Source of the DNA: Lama glama | Taxonomy: Eukaryota | Assembly: GCA_028534125.1 (NCBI GenBank) | Contig: CM052832.1 | Span: 13,704,001 to 13,768,000 of the forward strand | Reading direction: 5' to 3' | DNA length: 64,000 nucleotides | Shown: one piece after another, positions 1 through 64,000 of the stretch | Layout of the letters: each line of letters opens with the position of its first letter | How positions within the stretch are numbered: the first letter of the stretch is position 1 | The notes under the pieces: generated by a model | Database searches by the model: none | Told to the model about the DNA's origin: nothing | Seen by the model: the letters and a program-made list of their open reading frames with translations, nothing else | Position numbers and translations under genes: made by a program

Positions 1-49
1 CTGAGGGTTTTATATGGGTGTGTGGGTGAGACATGGTATCTGCATAAAA

Positions 50-840
50 GAATGAAAAATGTCAGTATACAAAACAATAGGACAGTGAATACGCATATGC
101 CTACCATCCATATCCAATAGTTAAGCTTCTATATTTCTTTATGTATACATTTTTTGCTGTCTATAATTAAAATTACAGACATGACACTTTACTGCTAAAT
201 ATTTCAGCATAAAGGCAGCTTCCTATACAATCATAAAACTACTACTATATCTGACAAGTATGTAATTCCCAAAAATCATCTAAAATCCAGTTCATGTTAA
301 CATTTCACCGATTGTCCCAAAATTGTCTTTTATACCTAGTTTGGTCAACCCAGGATCCAATCAAGGGCTATGCACAACATCTGACTGAGTTTCCTTTGTA
401 TCTCTTAATTCTAGAATAACCCCCCAACCTCTGGATGATATTTTCCCCTAACTTTAACCTGAAAAGACCCTCCAGTGGTCTTGAAAACACTCATCATTAG
501 GGATTTGTCTGATTGTTTCTCTGTGCTATTGTGTTATCTCTGTCCTTGTTTTCCTCTATCCCTTGTATCTTCTGTAAACTATGTTGGATCTAAAAATTTT
601 GGCAAGAATATTTCACAGGTGATGCTGTGTACTTTATGGTAAATTAAGGCCATCTGTCCCATTAATAATGATACTGAATTTGACCACTGGGTTAAGATGT
701 TTCTTTTTTATCCCAAACAAGACTTCAGCACCATGGTGAGTATCAGTTTCTTTCACTTATGGCTTTTACCATCCACTGGCTTTCCTTCCTAGCAAGTACT
801 TCATTAGGGGTCACAAAATAGTGTTTTTTCTAATTCTATC
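50..840 (-). mobile_element. Old L1 (L1MC-like) 3' region remnant
   Basis: Degenerate resemblance to antisense L1MC 3' UTR sequence. Confidence 0.5.
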
Positions 841-3232
841 TTATAAATGTTCTGCGTTTCAGAATGGTGGCACTTTGGGAAGACAAATACTGCCATGACC
901 ACAGTTATCACTTTGCTGAAACAAAGGCATCTGAGGCTTTACAAACAGTTCCTTAAAAGTGGAAGAGGGCAGGGATGGGTGGTGAAGGGGAAGACTGTTT
1001 GCTGAAAAGATCTATGCTGCATACACTGGAGGCTGTAAGAGACCCCTGTCCTGCAGCCTGAAATCCAGAGTAATCCAAAGGAGAGATGTGGGTTTCAGAG
1101 AGATATAGAAACAAAGTGAGTATTTATGTGTCAAGTCAAGTACGTAAGTTTACACTTTAAAGCACTGGGAAAATCGCCTAGATGTACATTCTTCTCTTCA
1201 TGAAAAAATAACCTTATCAGGTGTTGTTTGGATCATATGATGGGTCTTTGCCATCCCCAGGGTAAAAAGGACCATGTCCTTATATCCAATACCTTGACTG
1301 AAAAAAAAGGTTAGGGTAAGAAAAAGATTCCTCTAAGATCCTGACAGATACACATACACAACATCAAAGGGCAATTTAAGTTTTATTTCATATCTTAAGA
1401 ACAATGGTGAACATGAAGTGAGTGACGGACAAAACAGAGCCATCAATATTTACATCATTGGTGCATTCCTGCTCAGTTAATATGCTGGGCACAAGTTCTT
1501 GGTCAGTAACACTGTGTTCTGCCTGCAAGAAGTGACTCTTTGTACATCACTGTCAGGCCTGTTTAAAGTCTGAGAACTGCAGTGCTGAGCAGCAGATAGC
1601 CCAAAACCTCCTTCAGCTCACTCGCAGCCTATATTGCCAAGTGGTATCCAGTTCTTTTGAATGTTTACAGGTCATAATTCCAAAGAAGGGGGGGCATCTA
1701 TCAGGATGGATGTGACCTAAATCAGCTGCTGGGACACACACATATTTCCCCTTCCCCAGAAAAATGTATGAACAAATCTCTCTGAGTTGGCTATCAGGAA
1801 GTCACAGACAGTGAGCACTGTCATGTCTAAAACATGAGCTGATATGATAAAAAAAATTCGTAACAGAATGACAGACAAGAAAGCTACCAGCATACAACCT
1901 AATTTCCCAACATCCTATAGTACCTACAACGCAAAGAATGCTTCTCACAGACCCCTGAACTAGATAATACGGCACAAATACATCACACAAAATCAATGAG
2001 AACATACCAGGGCAGATACAAACCTAAACCAACCCCAGTAGAATTCTGTACTCCTCTCATGAGTTTGTGGATTTATTCTTAGATGTGAGAGTGACCCAGC
2101 TGAGATCTGACATACTCTCCACCTCCAAGGCCAACATGAACTCATACATAAATGCCCTACACTTCAAAGAACGCGAGTGTGAGCATCTCTGCTATTGTAA
2201 GAACTATCACAGTAACACTGAAACCGCTCTCAGCAATCACTATGGATGAAGTACTCAAAAAGGTAAAGCCACTTGGCCCTCACTCCAACTTCTGAAGAGG
2301 CTGTCATGGCTGTCAGCTCTCAGGAGGATAAAACTAAACCTGGAGCACAGCTGCTGGGACCCTTCAGCAGAGAGATGATCCAAACTGGGTTTAAAAACAT
2401 ACCACTAAGATACAACCTTCAAAAAAGTGAGAAGGTTGATGGTACCAATACCATAGTGCTGTTCCCCTCCCCATCATAGGGAGGTCCTGTTCTGATTTTT
2501 CTGTCTCCTATGAAATAGCACTGTCCCTTGTGTTCTCCTAGAGTCAGGGAATTAGAGCATCAGGCAATGCCACTTTTGGGGGACCAAATGAAGTACACAT
2601 CAGCCCCCAGTTTTAAGGGATAAAGCAACTCCTTTTTTAGCCCAGGCAATACACCACTGAAGCTGCCACTGTCACGTCCCTTCGCCAAAGACCCTGGAAG
2701 TGATGGTGGGGGAAGGAATATGGAGCCATCCTTAAAGTCTGACCTGGAAAATTAGCTCCACAAAGAAGAGAGGATGGCTAAGTCTCTGAAGGGCCCAAGG
2801 AGAAGAAGCGGAGGGAGAAGTACATGAGGATTACAGGACCTGAGCACTGGGAAGCGCACTGCAGGGAGTGCCCCGGTGGGTCCACTGAACACCCACCTGT
2901 GCTTCAGTGGTTTTCACCCTCAGCTGGGACAAGGTACGAGTGAATGAGTCACAGGCTTTCCTCTGCACCTCTTTCTTCCTGTGCCCCTCAATCATTTCTC
3001 CAACATTCCCATTACTTTCTCCCCTGTACCAGCCTACGTCCCTATCAAATTCTGTGATCATAGAAATACATAAGTAGGTCATGAGATTAATGAACATAGA
3101 TATTAAATGGCATTACTTACTACCTTCCAACATTTAATTAATGGCACTATATTTAGGGATAAAATATAGGGACTAAATAAGGGAAAAACTTCCTCAAATC
3201 CCTAATTTATGTCATAACCAATTCAATATTCA

Positions 3233-57550
<54,318 letters not shown>

Positions 57551-57756
57551 TCAACCTCAGTGGCTTGGGGCGAGCCCTGCTAAGAGGAGGGACACGCTCC
57601 GGGGCTCAAGGCTGAGCCCTCCAAGCTCTTCCTGCACCCTCTCCAGACCAGGCCGACTCCAGACTGCGCGGCGGGACTACGGCTCCAGCTGCAGCGCCCG
57701 CGGAGGTTCCAGTGGTCGCAGTACCAGAGCCAGCGAACTGGAGCCTCCCGCCGTAC

Positions 57757-57872
57757 TCTCGCGAGAACAGCTCCCGAGACTCTCCGCGAGCCGAGATTTT
57801 ACCCAATATGGAACCTGCCCAGGGGAGGGGGTTGATGAAGGGAGAGGACGGGAGGAGCAATTCTCGCGAGAA
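57757..57872. promoter_or_regulatory. Two perfect TCTCGCGAGA palindromes (CGCG element / BANP motif)
   Basis: TCTCGCGAGA at 57757-57766 and TTCTCGCGAGAA at 57861-57872; degenerate copies at 57771-57790. Confidence 0.85.
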
Positions 57873-58291
57873 GAGAGCAACAGCGGGCGACCAGAGGTAG
57901 GAACGCCCAGGGACGCTCTTCTTCAGGGCGCGAAGGCAGACCCGGGAAGAAGCGGATAAGCAGACAACACATGCCGCTTGCGCCCCACCGTGGTCGGCGG
58001 GGCGAATGACTGGCTCGCTGGTGGAAAGTGACAGTGACAAATAGGGTGTCGGGAAAAGAGCCAACAGATCTTTGAACTGTGGGTGGTCACCGGCAGCCGA
58101 GCACCTGCTCAGCGGAACCCCCAATTTCCAAGAAATGCTTTCCTAAAAAAGAGAAAATTCCCTACCAGAAAGTCGTTGCGGTCCCATCTGCTCAAGGACA
58201 TATGGCTTACTCTTTGGAATTCTGACGAAGTCTGTCCCAAAGGTAAATATTAGCCCTGCATTAAGGTTGAGGTTTTCCACCCAAACTCTAC

Positions 58292-58472
58292 TAGTAGTTC
58301 TCAAACTTTTCTAAGCAGAAGAATCCCCTGGAGAATTTAAAAATACAGATTCCCAGAATCCACAGCGAATTTAATTGGATAGATCCGTGTTGGGCACCAA
58401 GAATGTCCATTTTACAACACGCCCAGGTAATTCAGATTCAGGAAAATCCCTCATATCTCCCTTTGAGAAGCG
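58292..58472. mobile_element. MER5-like element
   Basis: tagttctcaaact...gaatcccctggagaattt...ctttgagaagc. Confidence 0.7.
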
Positions 58473-59417
58473 TTTTTAAAACCATTACTCTGAAGATTTG
58501 AAATTGACTCCTACGTTGAAGAGCTTCCAGCGAGGAGGATTTTAAGCATTTAAGCTATGCCCCTTGGAGTAAGGACAGTGCAGGCAGGGGTCTTCTGGCA
58601 GTGTCACATTGGGCAAGTCAACTGACCTTTCTTAGATCTTAGTTCCAGTTAATGCGAAAGAGGATTCCTGCCCTACATTTCCACCTGAAAGCTGAACAAG
58701 ATAATAAATATGAATGCGCAATGTATTATAACCCCATACGTTCCTCCCCCCTCCACTCTTAACCTATTCCTGTGCTAAAATTTGTTACAATAAGGAGAAG
58801 AATTTGATCCTATCTCATTCTTACTCATTTCTTTTAGAAATAGCTAAGTTCAAGCCAGGACACTTCTCATTACTATCCATAATTGTTTTCTTTTGTGTTA
58901 TGCAGCCCTTGGAGCTCTCAGACTTTGCCTGTCTTGGTCCAGCATCTAACATAGTGCCTTAAATATGAAAGGTACCCCATAAATATTTGTTGAACAAATT
59001 ATGAACAATGACCACGATCTCAATTTAGGAGGTGGTGCCAGATCCTCAGTTCTCCTCAAGGATAATTAAAGCCCCAAACCAGGGCCATGGGTGATTCGTG
59101 GAAAGCTTTCTTTGGATTCAATGTGGCTTAGCGTGGATTCTCTTGCCTATGAAGACATGTTGCTTGGAAATGTTCTAAGCCAACCTGCAGATTTAGGAGC
59201 TTTCTAGAAGTAATGGAGGTTGAAGGAGGAAGTGAGACCAAAAATGCAACTCATTTTGCACAAATGAGGGGTGGAATGGGGAATCAAAGTGATGAGTGAA
59301 TGGAAACAAGGACGGAAACTTGGAAAGAAGAATTCTAAGAAATTCATGTATTTATCCAACAAATTGGGATGATGAAGTGAGAGTGACCAAGGGGATAAAG
59401 ATGAAGTAAGCAATAAT

Positions 59418-59820
59418 TCACTCATTCATTCAACAAATACGTATTGAATGCCTACTAGGCACTTCTGATGGAAAGGTGATTAAAAAGCAGACAGTTGCTG
59501 CCTACCTGGAGCTTGCATTAACAGAGGGGCAATCATTCAATTATTCAACGCAAATTTATTGAGCACTTACTATATATACCACATTACTCTAGGCACTCAT
59601 GATACAGCAGTTAATAAAAGAGATAAAAATCCCTGCCCTTGTGGAGATGAGACAAATTTTAAAAAGGAATAGGTAAAGTGAATAATATATTAGACGTTAA
59701 TACAGTAATCAAGCGAGTGGAAAATTGCAACTGGACCAAGTAGGTCTACAAGGCATAGAGAGACAGTGACAGGAATTGAGCTTCAGAAGGAGGTTAAAGG
59801 GTGTTGGCGGGGAGAGGGGC
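59418..59820 (-). mobile_element. Two tandem antisense L2 3' ends
   Basis: tcattcattcaacaaatacgtattgaatgcctact and attcaacgcaaatttattgagcacttacta. Confidence 0.8.
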
Positions 59821-60430
59821 AGAGAGGAGATCTCGCCGGGAGAATGCCCTTCAGTGGGAGGAGCCAGGCTTGCGGGGTTGAGAGCTAGGGGCTCCTCCAG
59901 CTTCCAGTTTCCTCCGCACCGTCTGTCCCAAAGGGGTCGTCGGGAGTATGTGAAGTGCGGGGCGCGAGGCTGGCCTCGAGTAGGCCGTCAACCGAGAGTG
60001 GTCAAGTGGAGGGCTGGGCGACACAGGTAGGGGGCTTCCACGCCCAGGGACCCCTCTCCCCGCTCTTGTCCCCCGCCCGCCCGCCGGAACGCCCGCGGGT
60101 TCGGCCGCAACGGCTCGGAACCGCCGGCGTCCGCGCCCACAGCGCCGCCAGCCCGGCCGGAGCTGCTTCCGACTCCAACGGCTGCCCTCCCGCCCCAGCC
60201 CAGGAACCAGGTGAACCCGGGAACCAGGGGAGCCGCTGCCGGCAGCCCCAGGTGGCGAGCGGCGAGGGCGCGGCGGGCCCCGGCTCCGGCGTCGGATGCG
60301 AGGGACCAGCCCCTCGTTACCCTTGGGAGTCCCCAGGCGGAGGCTGCGGCCGTCACCGCAGGGCCAGGATCGTTGTAGGCGCTCAGTATGTGTTTGTGGA
60401 ATGAATGAATGACGGTCGTCCCTGGGAGCT
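59800..60430 (+). promoter_or_regulatory. SLC26A8: Second CpG island; probable promoter and non-coding first exon of divergent SLC26A8
   Basis: Distinct CpG-rich block about 2 kb beyond the MAPK14 island; candidate donor CAG|GTGAAC at 60210/60211. Gene identity is inferred from the known head-to-head SLC26A8-MAPK14 arrangement in mammals; no coding sequence seen. Confidence 0.6.
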
Positions 60431-61354
60431 TCCCTCTCAGAGGTGTGGTCTCTACTTTTGAAATGCCGCGTGGAATGGCAATGACAAGAGATTGTGTGTA
60501 CGTTTGGCAAGCTGAATCCTTCCACACTCTTCCTGTGGGTTGTTGGGAGCCCAGAGCTGGTCTGCTGCCCAAGCCTCACCTGACCACCCCATCCATCTCC
60601 TCCTGAGGCCCGACTGCCCAGACGCGCCTCTTCTTTTCAGACGTCACTGCTTTTGTTCTTTCAGTTCCTTCTGACTGAGCCTCTACTCCCACCTCTCTTG
60701 GCCCCTTTCTTTTCCTATCAAGTCCTGTTTATTTATCCATGTCCCCCGTGAAGCCGCCTTCAACATCCCCACCCCAATAATGAGTTTCTCTCCAAGATAG
60801 CTCACTGGTAATACTCTTACCAGGTCGCATTAAAGATAGTTGTCTGTGTGTCTCCTTGAGGGCTGTCCTCTGATTATTCATCCCCAGCCACTAGACAGAG
60901 TGACTGAAAGTTACTGAAAGCAATGCGCGTTTGCAGTGCCTTTTCTTTTTCCACATACATTCACCACAAAAACATAGGTAGTAAGGGGCAAAGGGTTGTT
61001 GCTTCTGATGGAATTAAAAATATTTATTTTGAAATTTTGGAAGTGGATTTTACCTTCCCATGATTATCATGATTATAGAGAACATATGAAAGACCTATGA
61101 GGGGAAAGTCTTGAAACTAAGGTTCAGGATTTCACATCTATTGGGTTAATAGTCATACAATTGGGTTGTATTTAAATTTTTTATTCTATGCTTTTTAAAT
61201 ACTTTCAAAACATGATGTAAATGAATCAGTGGATGACTGGATAAATAGGGGTAGTATGGGGGATGAAGGAGCTGGGTCAAAAGTGCCCATATTAACAGTG
61301 CCCCCTAAGTTAGCTCTGAAAGACTGACTCAACAAAGATAATTGGCTACATTTA

Positions 61355-61525
61355 CAGTGGTCCAAATGCTTCACTGTGTATCAGAATCACCTGGAGGGCT
61401 TCTTAAACCAGACTACTGGCCCATCCTCAGAGTTTCTGATTAATTATGTCTTATTAATGGGGCATGAGTATTTGCATTTCTAACAAATTCCTTCATTATG
61501 CTGATGCTGTTTGTACGAGGACCAG
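61355..61525. mobile_element. MER5A-like element
   Basis: atcagaatcacctggagggcttcttaaacca...tttgcatttctaacaaattcc...tgctgatgctg. Confidence 0.85.
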
Positions 61526-62155
61526 ATGTGGGCTCCAGAGATTAATTTTTATTAGTAAGTAGTGAATCCGGATGCCCCAAATTATATCACACTTGTAGAG
61601 TAAGAAAATGAAACCTTAAGTTTTTCAGGCCATGGCCCACCCACCTAAATATTTTGTCTCATGGCAAGAAACATCAGGGAATTTGTAGGAGCTAGTAACA
61701 GATTCCCGCTTGGGTTGTGTGTCAGCTGAAAGGTCATTATCCCATCAGTGTAGTTTGGATTACTTTTTTGGAAAATGCACCATCTTCTCCACATTAAAGT
61801 ACATCTACCGTAGCTTGTCAGTAGCAGCTTCTGATCATCATACCTTATAGGAAAGTGTCCTGCTAGTGCATGAAAACGAATGACTGGGGTTTCTGAGAAG
61901 TCAAGAAAGACATAATGGAGCTAGAGAAATTCCAGAGATGACTACTAAAAACAAACCAAAACAATAATGAAATCATGTTTTCCCTTGCTGCCTTTAGCCA
62001 GTCATATGATGAACTCTTTGAAGGCAGCTTTCCACCTGCCCCTCCTAGCCATCCTCACTGTGGTACCATGAGTTATGACTTGATTGCCTCTACCCTAGAC
62101 AACCATAATAGCAATGGGCTCCAGTTGATCCTTTTGCCTCAGTCTCTCCCATCTC

Positions 62156-62354
62156 CAGCACTGTCCAATAGTACTTTCTGTGACAATGCCAGTGTTTTAT
62201 ACCTGCCCTGCCCAGTATGGTAGCCCCTGCCGTGGCTGTTGAGCACTTGAAATCTAGCTAATGTGACCAAGGAACTGAATTTTTCATTTTATTTTAATTT
62301 AGTTAAATTTAAATAGCCACCGGTAGCCAGTGGCTACTATACTGGACAGCACAG
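62156..62354 (+). mobile_element. Near full-length MER3 element
   Basis: cagcactgtccaatagtactttctg...ttgagcacttgaaat...ctggacagcacag. Confidence 0.88.
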
Positions 62355-62592
62355 CTCAAGACCATACCACTGACATGTATTATCTTGCCAAAGCACATCT
62401 CTATGCATATTACTACTCCTCGAACATTTTAAATAGTTTAAAAAAATCCATGTTCAACCCAACATTCAAGACCCTCCGGGAGTAGGCTTCAACCTACTTT
62501 TTGGGCTTGAGACAGGCTTTAATCAGACCTATTAATTACTTGCCTTATATTATCTCTGTAATGTTATCCTGTTCTCTTCCTGAATATCTTTT

Positions 62593-62762
62593 ATTTAAAC
62601 CTTTTAACTCCTTAAAAAATTTTAATTATTTATTTCATTAGTTTTTTTTTAGGGGGAGGTAATTAGGTTATTTAACATTTTTTTATAGAGGTACTGGGGA
62701 TTGAACCCAGGACCTCATGTATGTTAAGCATGCAGTCTACCACTGAGCTATACTCTTCCCCC
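62593..62762 (-). mobile_element. tRNA-derived SINE, Vic-1-like (camelid)
   Basis: Minus strand reads GGGGGAAGAGTATAGCTCAGTGGTAGA...GTCCTGGGTTCAATCCCCAG (Pol III A and B boxes), then an A-rich tail; approximate TSD TGAATATCTTTT at 62581 and 62769. Confidence 0.85.
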
Positions 62763-63579
62763 TAATATTGAATATCTTTTTCTCCTCCCTGCCCCTAGTT
62801 TAGCCAGAGCAGAGTTCAGATTATATCTCTCCCAGGAGGCCAACCTCATCCCTCTAGGTTGGGACTATTATTCCCATTCTATAGGAGATCCCATGGCATT
62901 AGGATGTGGCATCTATTTTGGAATCAGAAAGACCAGGTTCAGATTCTGGCTCTGCCTTTTATTGTATGACTCTGAGGAACTCAATGCACCAGTAAAATGA
63001 GTATAATCATTATTGGGAAAATAATACCTATCTCTTGAGATGATGTGTGTGAAGAAGCTGGCATATGGCAGGCCAGCAATACATGTTAATTCCTGTCTTT
63101 CCCACCTCTAAACTCTTACAGCACCATATTTTGGTATTTTTATTCTACTAAATTGTAGAGTCTTTGTTCTTTTGTATCCTCAGAGCATCTAGAATTCAGC
63201 AAAAGTTTGTGGAACACTAAATTAATTGACCACAGATGAAATAGCATTCTTCAGTCAGAAGTGAATGAAGGCCAAGAGTGCATATGGTAGAAATTTGTAA
63301 AATTGTGAAAATAAAAGCAGACAGACTTACCGAATTCTAGTCTAAGAGATGGTGGCCACCTCTTGAAATTTAAATGATGCAGACTGAAGATAATAAAATG
63401 AAATGCTTCTTTTGAAAAGCAAACAGATGAGATACAATACCTCCAAAGGATGTGACAACAGGACATATAAAGTGCTTTATCTTTGAAAAAGAGTTAGAGA
63501 AATTCTTGGAGCAAAAACTATAATTTGTGATGGAAGGAAATGAGGATATTTTGTGTCCTCAACAACAAGGCTCTTGGGA

Positions 63580-63860
63580 CAGAGGTCACACACAAGTGGT
63601 TCACAAGTTGCATCTGGCCTGCAGAGATGTTTTGTTAGATGTGTACTGTGTTTTTAAAAATATGTAATGTAACTGACAACATTTAAAAGTCAGAAGATTG
63701 CACATAAAAATCTAGAATTTTGGCTTCTCTTGGAAAAGATCAGATCTGGCCACGCTGGGCCCTGCAAGACCCATGGCAATAATTGCTGCAGCTGAGCAGC
63801 TGCAGCTGCCTTTCCCAGTCCCGCTGTTCCCACCATGCCTTGATGTTCATAGGTTGCCTG
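63580..63860. mobile_element. hAT-Charlie-like remnant (MER102-like)
   Basis: aacatttaaaagtcagaagattgcacataaaaatctagaattttggcttctcttggaaa resembles this family; family name uncertain. Confidence 0.5.
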
Positions 63861-64000
63861 CTTCATGCCATCCCTCCTTTAGTGCCACTTTCAGAAACAG
63901 AATGCTGGATTCTAGACCCCAGATCTAACCCAGGATGGCATCTTTTATAATTGGAATATAATTAGCAGGTTAATTAGGCTCTTTTAGTTGCCAGAAACAG

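Noticed and set aside
62690..62762. tRNA gene-like sequence
   Set aside because: Followed by a SINE body, A-rich tail and TSD; a tRNA-derived SINE rather than a tRNA gene.

Overview
Mammalian genomic DNA, probably camelid: it carries a Vic-1-like tRNA-derived SINE and a young camelid-type L1 3' end, and I saw no Alu, B1, Bov-A, PRE1 or SINEC. The window holds most of MAPK14 (p38-alpha) on the minus strand. Coding exons 1-8, both mutually exclusive 80-nt exon-9 variants (CSBP2-type at 9689-9768, CSBP1-type at 5721-5800) and exon 10 are present; the last two coding exons lie beyond the left edge. One spliced path gives 841 nt (280 codons + 1 nt), in frame and with GT-AG junctions throughout. 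The intron after exon 8 has a U12-type donor (GTATCCTTT). Both alternative exons have U12-like branch sites but U2-type donors, giving a minor/major spliceosome hybrid switch. A CpG-island promoter with two perfect TCTCGCGAGA palindromes precedes MAPK14. A second CpG island at about 59.8-60.4 kb probably starts the divergently transcribed SLC26A8 (by synteny; no coding exon seen). The rest is intron filled with old L1, L2, MIR, MaLR/ERVL and hAT-Charlie remnants, several of them nested. I found no RNA genes, CRISPR arrays or new multi-gene system. The most interesting signals are the splicing architecture, a frameshifted Mxi2-like tail, and an internal L1 fragment flanked by a 17-bp duplication. 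Repeat family names and boundaries are by eye and approximate.
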